Source of the DNA: Alphaproteobacteria bacterium
GTDB taxonomy: Bacteria; Pseudomonadota; Alphaproteobacteria; Rhizobiales; Rhizobiaceae
Assembly: GCA_016861165.1 (NCBI GenBank)
Contig: BOKV01000012.1
Coordinates: 21,401 to 85,400 of the forward strand
DNA length: 64,000 bases
Direction of reading: 5' to 3'
Shown: one piece after another, positions 10,853-20,139 of the stretch
Numbering within the stretch: the stretch's first letter is position 1
Layout: every line of letters starts with the position of its first letter
Notes under the pieces: generated by a model
Databases searched by the model: none
What the model was told of the DNA's origin: nothing
The model's input: the letters and a program-made list of their open reading frames with translations, nothing else
Program-made: the position numbers and the translations under genes

Positions 10853-12499
10853 TCAGGCCGCGCGCCCCGCCGCCCGGCCAGAGAAGATGCAGCCGCCGAG
10901 GAAGGTGCCTTCGAGCGCGTTGTAGCCGTGATAGCCGCCGCCGCCAAAGCCGGCGACCTCGCCGGCCGCGTAGAGCCCGGCGACCGGCTCGCCGCCGGCG
11001 CGCAACACCTGCGAATCGAGATTGGTCTCGATGCCGCCCAGCGTCTTGCGGGTGAGGACATGCAGCCTCACCGCGATCAGCGGGCCGCTGGCCGGATCGA
11101 GGATTCGATGTGGTTTGGCCGTGCGGATCAGCCGGTCGCCGAGATAGGCGCGCGCGCCGCGGATGGCGGTCACCTGTGCGTCCTTGGAAAACGGGTTGTC
11201 GATCTCGCGGTCGCGCGCCTCGATCTGGGCGCGCAGATGGCCGGCGTCGATCAGCGGCCCGCCGGCGAGCGCGTTCATGCGTTCGACCATCTCTCCGAAA
11301 TCGGCGGTGACGATGAAGTCGGCGCCGTGGCGCTTGAACGCCTCGACCTGTGGGGTGGCCGCCGCGCCGCGGCGTGCCTTCAGCACCTGCAGCCAGCTCC
11401 CCGAGGTCAGGTCCGGGTTCTGCTCGGAACCGGAGAGCGCGAACTCCTTCTTGATGATCTTCTGCGTCAGCACGAACCAGGAATAGTCGTGGCCGGTCGC
11501 CAGGATGTGGCGGAGCGTCGCCATGGTGTCGAAGCCCGGCAGGCAGGGCGGCGGCAGCCGGTTGCCGCGCGCGTCGAACCACATCGACGACGGACCGGGC
11601 AGGATGCGGATGCCGTGGCCGGGCCAGATCGGGTCCCAGTTGCTGACGCCCTCGGTGTAGTGCCACATGCGGTCTTCGTTGATCAGCGAGGCGCCGGCCT
11701 CGCGGGCCACGTCCAGCATGCGGCCGTCGACATGATGCGGCACCCCGGCGACCATCGTCGCCGGCGCCGGCCCGAGCCGGTCGCGCGGCCAATTGCGGCG
11801 CACCAGGTCGAGGTCGCCGCCGATGCCGCCGGACGCGATGATCGTCGCCGGCGCCGCGAATTCGAAGGTGCCGACGACCTCGCGCGAACTCTGCTGGCCG
11901 CGCCCGACCGCCGACGGCGCCAGCACTTCGCCGGCCACGCCCGTCACCGCGCCATTGGTGGTGACGAGCCGCGACACGCGGTGGCGGAACTTCAGCGTCG
12001 CCAGCCCCCGGGCGGCAGACTCGCGCACGCGTGCCACGAACGGCTCCAGCACGCCCGGCCCGGTGCCCCAGGTGATATGGAAGCGCGGCACTGAATTGCC
12101 GTGCCCGTGCGCCAGGCCGCCGCCGCGCTCGGCCCAGCCGACGACCGGAAACCAGCGCAGGCCAAGGCCTGCGAGCCAGCCGCGCATCTCGCCGGCGGCG
12201 AAGTCGACATAGGCCTCGGCCCACAGGCGCGGCCAGTGGTCCACGGCGCGGTCGAAGCCGGCCGAGCCGAGCCAGTCCTGCCAGGCCAGATCGCGGCTGT
12301 CGCGGATCCTGAGGCGGCGCTGCTCGGGCGTGTCGACCATGAACAGCCCGCCGAGCGACCAGAACGCCTGGCCGCCGAGCGAGTTCTCGCCTTCCTGGTC
12401 GAGGATGAGGCACTTTCTGCCGCGGCGTGCCAGTTCGCAGGCGGCCACCAGCCCCGCCAGCCCGCCCCCAACGATGATCGCGTCGGCGTCGTCGGCCAT
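10853..12499 (-). CDS. FAD-binding dehydrogenase (COG3573-like predicted oxidoreductase)
   Basis: MADDADAIIVGGGLAGLVAACELARRG is a Rossmann FAD motif. C-terminus: GLYAAGEVAGFGGGGYHGYNALEG. ATG at 12499. Confidence 0.8.
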   Translation of the reverse strand: MADDADAIIVGGGLAGLVAACELARRGRKCLILDQEGENSLGGQAFWSLGGLFMVDTPEQRRLRIRDSRDLAWQDWLGSAGFDRAVDHWPRLWAEAYVDFAAGEMRGWLAGLGLRWFPVVGWAERGGGLAHGHGNSVPRFHITWGTGPGVLEPFVARVRESAARGLATLKFRHRVSRLVTTNGAVTGVAGEVLAPSAVGRGQQSSREVVGTFEFAAPATIIASGGIGGDLDLVRRNWPRDRLGPAPATMVAGVPHHVDGRMLDVAREAGASLINEDRMWHYTEGVSNWDPIWPGHGIRILPGPSSMWFDARGNRLPPPCLPGFDTMATLRHILATGHDYSWFVLTQKIIKKEFALSGSEQNPDLTSGSWLQVLKARRGAAATPQVEAFKRHGADFIVTADFGEMVERMNALAGGPLIDAGHLRAQIEARDREIDNPFSKDAQVTAIRGARAYLGDRLIRTAKPHRILDPASGPLIAVRLHVLTRKTLGGIETNLDSQVLRAGGEPVAGLYAAGEVAGFGGGGYHGYNALEGTFLGGCIFSGRAAGRAA

Positions 12500-12551
12500 T
12501 CCCCACCCCCCTTGAAGCCTCATCCCGCCTCGCGGTACCGCTCGGCGGGGC

Positions 12552-13583
12552 CTAGCGCTCGGTCAGCTTCAGCTCGATGCGGCGGTTCTTGGCCCGCGCC
12601 TCGTCGCTGTCGCCCTGCTCGATCGGCTGGAATTCGCCGAAACCGGCCGCCACCAGCCGGTCGGGCGGCACCCCCTGTTCGATGAAGAACTTGACCACGG
12701 CAAGCGCGCGACCCTGGCTCAGCTCCCAATTGTCCTTGTACTGGCCGGCGCCCGACAGCGGGATGTTGTCGGTGTGGCCGTCGACGCGCAGCACCCATTG
12801 GATGTCGTCGGGTATTTCGGCGGCGATCTGCAGCAGCGCCTGCGCCACCTTGGTCATCTCGTCGCGTCCGTCCGGGTTGAGCTCGGCCGAGCCGGAGCCG
12901 AACAGCACTTCCGACTGGAAGACGAAACGGTCGCCGACGATGCGGATGTCCGGACGCTCCGACAGGATTTCGCGCAGGCGGCCGAAGAAGTCGGAGCGGT
13001 AGCGGTTGAGCTCCTGCACGCGCTGCGCCAGCGCCACGTTAAGCCGCCGGCCGAGGTCGGCGATCTTGGTCTGGCTCTCGCGGTCGCGCGACTCGGAGGC
13101 GTCGAGCGCGTCCTCGAGCGCGGCGATCTGGCGGCGCAGGGCCGAAATCTGCTGGTTGAGCAGTTCGACCTGGCTGAGCGCGCGCTGCGACAGCTGCTGC
13201 TCCTCCTCGAGCCGGCCGGTCAGCGCGCCGATGCGTTCCTGGTGGGCGGCATCGTCGCCGCTGCCGGCTTCGAGCATCTGCTGGAGGCGCGAGCGCTCGC
13301 GTTCGGTCTCGACCAGTGAAGCCTGCAATGTCGCCAGATTGTCCTCGATGTCCTGCTTGGATGTGCGTTCGAGCGCCAGCAGGTTGGTCAGTTCGTCGAT
13401 CTGCGCGTTGAGCCGGTTGAGCACGGCGTCCTTGCCGGTGATCTCCTGGCTGAGCAGGAACTGCGCCAGCACGAACACCGACAGCAGGAACATGATCGCG
13501 AGCAGCAGCGTCGCCAGCGCGTCGACGAAGCCGGGCCAGTAGTCGACCCGCTCGCGAAAACGCCGCGTCCTGCCCAGCGCCAT
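12552..13583 (-). CDS. MotB/OmpA-like peptidoglycan-binding stator subunit with a coiled-coil linker of about 170 aa
   Basis: N-terminal TM carries the conserved Asp (YWPGFVDALATLLLAIMF). A long heptad-rich segment follows. C-terminal OmpA_C motifs: NWELSQGRALAVVKFFI, NRRIELKL. Confidence 0.8.
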   Translation of the reverse strand: MALGRTRRFRERVDYWPGFVDALATLLLAIMFLLSVFVLAQFLLSQEITGKDAVLNRLNAQIDELTNLLALERTSKQDIEDNLATLQASLVETERERSRLQQMLEAGSGDDAAHQERIGALTGRLEEEQQLSQRALSQVELLNQQISALRRQIAALEDALDASESRDRESQTKIADLGRRLNVALAQRVQELNRYRSDFFGRLREILSERPDIRIVGDRFVFQSEVLFGSGSAELNPDGRDEMTKVAQALLQIAAEIPDDIQWVLRVDGHTDNIPLSGAGQYKDNWELSQGRALAVVKFFIEQGVPPDRLVAAGFGEFQPIEQGDSDEARAKNRRIELKLTER

Positions 13584-13587
13584 GGCG

Positions 13588-14592
13588 CTAACCTTTCGCC
13601 GCCCGGTCGAAGAAGGCGTTGATCCGCTTCAGCAGCTCGGCCATCTGCGCCTGCTGCTCGTGCTGGCGGTTCATCTGCTCGCGCAGGATCTGCTGATCGT
13701 TGCGCATGTGCTGGACCAGGCCCTGGATGCCCTCGGCCAGCGTCGCCATGGCGGCGGTGGCCCGGCTGCTGCCGCCGGTGCTGCCCTCCTGCATGTTGCG
13801 GGTGAGCGATTCAAGATGGGCGCGGATTTCCTCGGCCGTGCTGCCGACGGCGCCCGAGGCCGCGGCGATCTCGACATTCATGTCGGTGACCGACGACAGC
13901 CAGTTCTCCAGTTCGGTGTAGAAGCGGTTCTGCGCGCGCCCGGCCTGCAGGTCGAGAAAGCCCAGCACCAGCGATCCGGCCAAGCCGAACAGCGATGACG
14001 AAAAGGCCGTGCCCATGCCGTCGAGCGGCGTCCTGAGGCCGCTCTTCAGCGCGTCGAGCACGTCGTTGGCATCGCCGGAGCGCGGGTCGAGCGACTGGAT
14101 GGTGGCACCGATCGACCCGATCGTCTGCAGCAGTCCCCAGAAGGTGCCCAGCAGGCCGAGAAAGACCAGAAGGCCGATCAGGTAGCGCGACAATTCGCGC
14201 GATTCGTCGAGCCTGGTGCCGATCGAATCGAGGATCGAGCGCATCGAGCCGGTGGTCAGCGACATGTCGCGTCCGCTCTGGCCGAGCAGGCCCTTCATCG
14301 GCGCGAGCAGCACCGGCTCGCGGCCGATCTCGATATCGGCATTGCCGGACCTGAACGAATTGACCCAGGCGACCTCTGGCATCAGCCTGATGACCTGGAC
14401 CAGCGCCAGCAGGATGCCGACGACGAGGACGAAGATGATGAGGCCGTTCAGGCCGGGATTGGTGATGAAGGCGGCGGCGATCTGCCGGTAGAGGATGGCG
14501 GCGACGAAGCCGACGATGATCAGGAAGATGACCATCGACAGCAGGAACACGCGCGGGCTGGAAAGCCTGTACGGATCGTAGCCTCTGGCCAA
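13588..14592 (-). CDS. MotA/TolQ/ExbB-family proton-channel protein with a C-terminal helical tail of about 100 aa
   Basis: Four TM segments. The TM3-4 region GLLGTFWGLLQTI ... AFSSSLFGLAGSLVLGF is typical of MotA_ExbB. Its stop lies 4 nt before the MotB-like ATG. Confidence 0.8.
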   Translation of the reverse strand: MARGYDPYRLSSPRVFLLSMVIFLIIVGFVAAILYRQIAAAFITNPGLNGLIIFVLVVGILLALVQVIRLMPEVAWVNSFRSGNADIEIGREPVLLAPMKGLLGQSGRDMSLTTGSMRSILDSIGTRLDESRELSRYLIGLLVFLGLLGTFWGLLQTIGSIGATIQSLDPRSGDANDVLDALKSGLRTPLDGMGTAFSSSLFGLAGSLVLGFLDLQAGRAQNRFYTELENWLSSVTDMNVEIAAASGAVGSTAEEIRAHLESLTRNMQEGSTGGSSRATAAMATLAEGIQGLVQHMRNDQQILREQMNRQHEQQAQMAELLKRINAFFDRAAKG

Positions 14593-14711
14593 GGACTGTC
14601 CTCCGGAACTTCAACTGGCCGCGTGGGTGGCATTGAAGGTATACGCGCCCGCGCGCGATTGGAACCGCCATTTGCGGCCGGCCGCGGCGCCGCGCGGGGT
14701 CCGGTCGGCCT

Positions 14712-15503
14712 TCAGCCTGCCTGCGACAGGATTTCGCGCAGGCGGCCGTGGACGAACTCGTTGCCGGCGCAGATTTCACCGCTTTCCAGCATTGTCGCGC
14801 CGCCGGCAAAGTCGCTGGCGAAACCGCCCGCCTCGCGCACCAGCAGGATGCCGGCGGCGACATCCCAGGCCGACAGGTCCTGTTCCCAGAAGCCGTCAAG
14901 GCGGCCGGCGGCGACATAGGCCAGGTCCATCGACGCGGCACCGATGCGGCGGATGCCCGACACCTCCAGCATCACCCGCCGCTGCTGCTCGAGGAAGCGG
15001 CGATGGTCGCCGCGTCCCAGATGCGGGATGCCGGTGCCGATGACGCATTGCGACAGATCACGCCGGCCGGCGACGCGCAGCCGGCGGTCGTTGAGATAGG
15101 CGCCCGCGCCGCGCTCGGCGGTGTAGAGCTCATCCATCGCCGGATTGTAGATGACGCCGGCAACGATCTGGCCTTCCCGCTCCAGTGCGATCGACACGGC
15201 GAACACCGGGATGCCGTGCAGGAAGTTGGTGGTGCCGTCGAGCGGGTCGACGATCCAGCGATGCTGGCGGTCACGGCCGGCGATCGCGCCGCTCTCCTCC
15301 ATCAGCAGACCGTAGTCCGGCCTGGCGCGCTGCAGTTCGGCGCGGATAACCGCCTCGGCCCGGTGGTCGGCGCTGGAGACGAAATCGCCCGGCCCCTTGA
15401 CCGAGACCTGCAGGTTCTGCACCTCGCCGAAATCCCGCGCCAGCCCGCGGCCGGCCTTCATGGCGGCGCCGACCATCACGTTGAGGAGCGCCGAGCGGGC
15501 CAT
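14712..15503 (-). CDS. suhB: Inositol monophosphatase family protein (SuhB-like)
   Basis: Motifs: WIVDPLDGTTNFLHGIP, WDVAAGILLVREAGG. Confidence 0.9.
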   Translation of the reverse strand: MARSALLNVMVGAAMKAGRGLARDFGEVQNLQVSVKGPGDFVSSADHRAEAVIRAELQRARPDYGLLMEESGAIAGRDRQHRWIVDPLDGTTNFLHGIPVFAVSIALEREGQIVAGVIYNPAMDELYTAERGAGAYLNDRRLRVAGRRDLSQCVIGTGIPHLGRGDHRRFLEQQRRVMLEVSGIRRIGAASMDLAYVAAGRLDGFWEQDLSAWDVAAGILLVREAGGFASDFAGGATMLESGEICAGNEFVHGRLREILSQAG

Positions 15504-15506
15504 GCG

Positions 15507-16070
15507 TCAGTCGGCGCGGCGCAGATAGGTGACTTCGTTGGTGTCGACGACGATGCGCTCGCCGGCGGCGACGAACGGCGGCACCATCACCCGCACGCCG
15601 TTTTCGAGGACCGCCGGCTTGTAGGAGGAGGCAGCCGTCTGGCCCTTGACCACCGGGTCTGCCTCGGCGACGGTCAGCGTCACCTGGTCGGGCAGGGCGA
15701 TGCCGATCGGCTTGTCCTCGTAGAGTTCGACGGTCACCGTCATCCCGTCCTGCAGGAAGGCGGCGCGCTCGCCGACGAAATCGCGATCGAGCTGCAGCTG
15801 CTCGTAGGTTTCCGTGTCCATGAACACCAGACTGTCGCCCTCGGCATAGAGAAACTGGAAGTCCTTCTGCTCGAGGCGCACCCGCTCGACCGACTCGCTG
15901 GCGCGGAAGCGCTCGTTGAGCTTGGTGCCGGTGACGAGGTTCTTCAGTTCGACCTGGTTGTAGGCGCCACCCTTGCCCGGCTTGACCGCGGCAGTCTTGA
16001 CCGCGACCCAGATGCCGCCCTGGTGCTCGATCACATTGCCGGGTCTGATTTCGTTGCCGTTGATCTTCAT
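15507..16070 (-). CDS. efp: Elongation factor P
   Basis: [44 protein letters not shown] at 16070. Confidence 0.95.
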   Translation of the reverse strand: MKINGNEIRPGNVIEHQGGIWVAVKTAAVKPGKGGAYNQVELKNLVTGTKLNERFRASESVERVRLEQKDFQFLYAEGDSLVFMDTETYEQLQLDRDFVGERAAFLQDGMTVTVELYEDKPIGIALPDQVTLTVAEADPVVKGQTAASSYKPAVLENGVRVMVPPFVAAGERIVVDTNEVTYLRRAD

Positions 16071-16217
16071 GGAAACCGTCCGTCCGCGCGCCGCTCGACG
16101 TCGCCGGCCTGGGCGGCGGGGCGGGCGGCGCCTGTTGACCACAAATCAGGCGGCGAAACAAGTCCCGCCCCCATGGATGGCTCAGCGCGGCAGACGGGGC
16201 GTCGACGGGCGTTCGCG

Positions 16218-17192
16218 TCAGCCGGACGGCCAGTTCTGCGCGGCGGCGATCGCCTTCTGGCGGCTCGTTTCGTCGAGCTTGGCGAGGAACTCGTCGAGCC
16301 ACGGATCGGTCAGGCCGGACTGCCGGGCGAGGATGTGCCATTTGGCAGCCTCGACCACGTCGGGCGTGGTGCCGATGCCGAGGACCAGCATCTTGGCCAG
16401 CCGATTGCGGGCAATCGCGTTGCCGCCACGCGCCGCCTTGGCGATCCAGCCGAACGCCGCCTTCTCGTCCTTGTCGCCGCCGCGCCCGTTGGCAAGCCAG
16501 ATGCCGAGCTCGACCTCGGCGGTGTCGACGCCCGCCCGCGCCGCCTTCAGCATCCACTGGCGCGCGATCGCGTCGTCGGGCTCGACGCCCAGCCCCTGGG
16601 CGTAGATCTGCGCCATCGCATAGGCGGCGTCGGGGACGCCGCTCTCGGCCGCCGCGCGGTAGTGGGCCAGGGCCTTGGCGAGGCCGTCCGGGTCGGGCCG
16701 CTCCTCGACGATGAGCTGCGCCAGGTTGAAGCTGGCCAGTGCCAGGCCGTCGCCGGCCGCCAGTTCGAGCAGCCGGCGCGCCTCGTCCAGGTCGCGCTCG
16801 ACATCCTTGCCCTCGATCAGCTTGAGGGCATAGGCGAGCCGGCCCGGTCCGTCGCCGGCGTCGGCCGCCAGCCGGTACCAGGCGACCGCCTCCTTGCCGT
16901 CACGCGGAATGCCGAGCCCACGGTCGTAGATTTCGCCGATCAGGGTCTGCGCGGCCGCGTTTCCCGCCTCCGCCCGCTTCAGCGCCAGTTCGAGCGCCGT
17001 CAGGTAGTAGCCACGCTGGTAGGCACCATAGGCGGGGTCGGCGCGTGGATCGAACAGGGCGATCTCAGGCAGGCTGGGGCCGCGCGACAGCGGCTCGGCC
17101 GAGCCCTCCTCCTGGGCACGGGCAGCCGCCGCGACCAGTACGCCGGCGGCGATGCCGAGGAAGATGATCCATGCCGTGCGCCGGGCCGTCAC
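16218..17192 (-). CDS. Secreted SEL1-like (TPR-type) repeat protein
   Basis: Signal peptide AWIIFLGIAAGVLVAAAARA. Repeated motifs: AQ..LG..Y..G.G...D...A..W. The GTG at 17192 has a GGAG upstream and abuts the thiE-like stop. An alternative ATG lies at 17219. Confidence 0.75.
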   Translation of the reverse strand: MTARRTAWIIFLGIAAGVLVAAAARAQEEGSAEPLSRGPSLPEIALFDPRADPAYGAYQRGYYLTALELALKRAEAGNAAAQTLIGEIYDRGLGIPRDGKEAVAWYRLAADAGDGPGRLAYALKLIEGKDVERDLDEARRLLELAAGDGLALASFNLAQLIVEERPDPDGLAKALAHYRAAAESGVPDAAYAMAQIYAQGLGVEPDDAIARQWMLKAARAGVDTAEVELGIWLANGRGGDKDEKAAFGWIAKAARGGNAIARNRLAKMLVLGIGTTPDVVEAAKWHILARQSGLTDPWLDEFLAKLDETSRQKAIAAAQNWPSG

Positions 17193-17193
17193 C

Positions 17194-17853
17194 TCAGTTC
17201 TCCGCGAAGATCGGCGCATGCTCGTCGAGCAGCAGGTTAGCCTGGCGCACGGCCGCCTCCGGTCCATCGATGGCGGTGAACACCGCCAGGCCGAGCGCGA
17301 CGAATTCGGCGCCGCTGGCGGCGCATTCGACGACGCTGTCGACAGCGCTGCCGCCCATGACGACACAGGGGATTTCGATCATCGCCGACCACCACTGCGC
17401 CAGCGCGAGGTTCTTCGGGTGCGGCTGCGGGCGGATGTCGCCGTCGAGGCGGCCGAAAAACAAGAAATCCGGATCGCATTCGCCGATCTCCAGCGCACGG
17501 TGCCGATCGCGCGCACCCGCGCAGCCTACGATTCTGTTTGGCGAAAGCTGGGCGATGATGTCCTTCAGGTCGCTGCCCGGCTGGGTCAGCAGCACGCCGT
17601 CGGCGCCGCTGCGGCCCATGATACGGCTGTCGTCGCAGGCGAGTGCTGCGGCGCCATGGTGTTGGGCGATCGGGACTAGCCGCTCGCAGCTTTGCTGGTA
17701 GGCGGCGGCGTCGAGATCGCCGGGGGCGATGATGACGCTGGCGACGTCGCCGCCCGCGAGGGCGGCATCCAGGAGATGCTCGCCGCCCGCCACCGCCGGC
17801 GCGACCAGCACCAGCCGGCACCTGTTCCGCCTGCCTTGCGTCCGGTTCATCAT
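17194..17853 (-). CDS. Thiamine-phosphate synthase family (ThiE-like) protein
   Basis: TIM-barrel ThiE-like layout: VLVAPA..., ADGVLL, VVMGG...GAEFVALGLAVF. ATG at 17853. No TPP riboswitch was seen upstream. Confidence 0.65.
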   Translation of the reverse strand: MMNRTQGRRNRCRLVLVAPAVAGGEHLLDAALAGGDVASVIIAPGDLDAAAYQQSCERLVPIAQHHGAAALACDDSRIMGRSGADGVLLTQPGSDLKDIIAQLSPNRIVGCAGARDRHRALEIGECDPDFLFFGRLDGDIRPQPHPKNLALAQWWSAMIEIPCVVMGGSAVDSVVECAASGAEFVALGLAVFTAIDGPEAAVRQANLLLDEHAPIFAEN

Positions 17854-18104
17854 GGCCTCGCTGGAAACGCCAATCAGCCCATCTTGGCGCGGCCGCCCAC
17901 CCGGCGCAGGCATCGCCGCCCGGCCGGCGCCTGTCAAGTCGGCAGCCGGCCCTCGCATTCGCCGTCGCGATGCGCTAGGAGCACAATCCGATCCAACCGG
18001 ACCGGGATTCTGCTACATCCAGCGGTGTGTCGCACCATCCGGCCCGCCTAGCGATGCCGCCCGGCGGATGAATTCCAAGGGCACCAGCGCGAACGACCGG
18101 CCGA

Positions 18105-18854
18105 ATGTCTCCCGAATTCTATCTTGCCGCCATTCCCGCCGTGCTGATCGCCGGCCTCTCCAAGGGCGGCTTCGGCGGCGGCATCGGCATGGTCGCCACG
18201 CCGCTGCTGGCGCTCGCCGTGCCACCGGTGACGGCGGCCGCGATTCTCCTGCCGGTGCTGGTGGCGATGGACGCCATCGGCGTCTGGTCCTACCGCCGGC
18301 ACGTCAAATGGAGCGTCATCGCCCAGATGATGCCGGGAGCGCTCATCGGCATCGCGCTCGGCTGGGCGACGGCGGCTCACGTCAACGATGATTTCCTGCG
18401 CGTCGTGGTCGGCGCCATCGCCATCGGCTTTGCCATCCAGCAGTTCGCCGCCGACTGCCGGCAGCGCCAGGCGGCGGCCGAGAACCTCACGCGGGCAAGC
18501 TTCTGGGGAACCTTTGCCGGCTACACTTCCTTCGTGTCACACGCCGGCGGCCCGCCCTTCCAAGCCTACGCCCTGCCGCTGCGACTCGACAAGCTCATGT
18601 TCGCCGGCACCGGTGTCGTCTTCTTCGCCGCCGTCAACGCGGCCAAGCTGGTGCCCTACTTCGCCCTCGGCCAGTTCGACCGCGCCACTCTCTCCGCCGC
18701 GGCGACGCTGCTGCCGGTGGCCGTCATCGGCGTCCTGCTCGGCGTGTGGGCGGTGCGCAAGGTCTCGCAGGCGGCCTTCTACAACATCACCTATGCCGCC
18801 ATGATCCTGGTCGGATCGAAGCTGGTCCACGACGGGCTCGCCGCCCTCCTCTAG
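18105..18854 (+). CDS. TauE/SafE family sulfite/anion exporter
   Basis: Seven to eight TM segments. GLSKGGFGGGIGMVATPLL is typical of TauE. Confidence 0.8.
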   Translation: MSPEFYLAAIPAVLIAGLSKGGFGGGIGMVATPLLALAVPPVTAAAILLPVLVAMDAIGVWSYRRHVKWSVIAQMMPGALIGIALGWATAAHVNDDFLRVVVGAIAIGFAIQQFAADCRQRQAAAENLTRASFWGTFAGYTSFVSHAGGPPFQAYALPLRLDKLMFAGTGVVFFAAVNAAKLVPYFALGQFDRATLSAAATLLPVAVIGVLLGVWAVRKVSQAAFYNITYAAMILVGSKLVHDGLAALL

Positions 18855-18874
18855 GGCGGCGCCCGGGCCGGCCG

Positions 18875-19054
18875 TCAATGCAGCGATTCGGCGCGCTTGA
18901 GCTCGCTGATCCGATCCTTGATCATCAGCTTCTGACGTTTGATCTCCGCGATTTCCATATCGTCGGCGCTCGGATGGCTCATGATCTCGTCGAGCCGGGC
19001 CTCGAGCTCGCGATGGCGCTGTTCAAGCTGGGCGATATGGGAACCGACTGGCAT
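18875..19054 (-). CDS. DUF465 (YdcH-like) small protein
   Basis: MPVGSHIAQLEQRHRELEARLDEIMSHPS..EIAEIKRQKL. GGAGGA lies 5 nt upstream of the ATG at 19054. Confidence 0.75.
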   Translation of the reverse strand: MPVGSHIAQLEQRHRELEARLDEIMSHPSADDMEIAEIKRQKLMIKDRISELKRAESLH

Positions 19055-19349
19055 GATTTCCTCCATGATCAAGTTCGATGGTCGCACACCATGCACCCAA
19101 TATAGGAACACAGAACGGGCTTTGTGTCGAACCCCGCCCCGCCCCGATCGTTACCACTTGCCTATCTCGCGGGAATCGGGACGGTTTTTCCCGCTCCGCC
19201 TGTGGATGGCCGATTTGGCATGGGCTGCGGCGTTGCCGCGGCGGTCGGCGGCTTTGCACCGAATCGCACAATCGCGCTAAGATGGACGCCGCCAGCGGAC
19301 CGGCCGAGCGCGGCCCGGGCGGATGTTGCGGCGTGGATGCGGTGCCAGG

Positions 19350-19553
19350 ATGTCGGACCAGGACCAGGCGGAATTGAGGGTGCGGCTGGCGCGGCTGGAA
19401 ATCGAGCACGAGGATTATGACCACGCCATCGACGCCATGATCGCCCACGGTGTCGATGCGCTGCGCATCCAGCGCTTCAAGAAGAAGAAGCTGGCGCTCA
19501 AGGACCAGATCGTGCGCCTGCGCGCGCAGATCATTCCCGACATCATCGCCTGA
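19350..19553 (+). CDS. DUF465 (YdcH-like) small protein, paralogue divergent from the previous gene
   Basis: MSDQDQAELRVRLARLEIEHEDYDHAID....IQRFKKKKLALKDQI. Confidence 0.75.
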   Translation: MSDQDQAELRVRLARLEIEHEDYDHAIDAMIAHGVDALRIQRFKKKKLALKDQIVRLRAQIIPDIIA

Positions 19554-19619
19554 TGCGCGCTTGCGGCAGGTGGGCCGAGCCGCTAAGGAATGCGCCTTTT
19601 TCCAGCCTGATAGGACCCG

Positions 19620-20135
19620 ATGAACGCCAGCGCCGCCGACATCGCCATTATCATGGGCAGCCAGTCCGACTGGGCGACGATGAAGCACGCCGCCGGCCTG
19701 CTCGACGAACTCGGCATCGCCTATGAGGCGAGGATCGTTTCGGCCCACCGCACGCCGCAGCGCCTCTACGATTTCGCCCGCTCGGCCCGCTCGGCCGGCT
19801 TCAAGGTCATCATCGCCGGCGCCGGCGGCGCCGCCCATCTGCCCGGCATGACCGCGGCGATGACCACGCTGCCGGTCCTTGGCGTGCCGATCCGCTCCCA
19901 GGCCCTTTCCGGCCAGGACAGCCTGCTTTCGATCGTGCAGATGCCGGCCGGCGTGCCGGTCGGCACGCTGGCGATCGGCGAGGCGGGAGCCAAGAACGCG
20001 GCGCTGCTCGCCGCGGCCGTGCTGGCGCTGTCGGACCCGGCGCTGGAGGCCCGGCTCGAGGCATGGCGCGGCGCCCAGGCCGCGGCGGTGCCGCTCCGCC
20101 CGGCGGACAAGGTCGGCGGAGCCGGCGAGGAATGA
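19620..20135 (+). CDS. purE: 5-(carboxyamino)imidazole ribonucleotide mutase
   Basis: [17 protein letters not shown]...SAHRTP...[14 protein letters not shown]. Confidence 0.95.
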   Translation: MNASAADIAIIMGSQSDWATMKHAAGLLDELGIAYEARIVSAHRTPQRLYDFARSARSAGFKVIIAGAGGAAHLPGMTAAMTTLPVLGVPIRSQALSGQDSLLSIVQMPAGVPVGTLAIGEAGAKNAALLAAAVLALSDPALEARLEAWRGAQAAAVPLRPADKVGGAGEE

Positions 20136-20139
20136 GCCG

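Noticed and set aside
12552-14592. The MotA/MotB-like pair as a Zorya-type anti-phage system.
   Set aside because: The A subunit (334 aa) lacks the very long ZorA tail. No ZorC/D-like genes or other defence genes are adjacent, and the neighbours are housekeeping genes. It is kept only as an orphan stator of unknown function.
17854-18104. TPP (THI-box) riboswitch expected upstream of the thiE-like gene.
   Set aside because: Reading the minus strand, I found neither the CUGAGA nor the ACCUGAUCUGGAUAAUGCCAGCG-like core.
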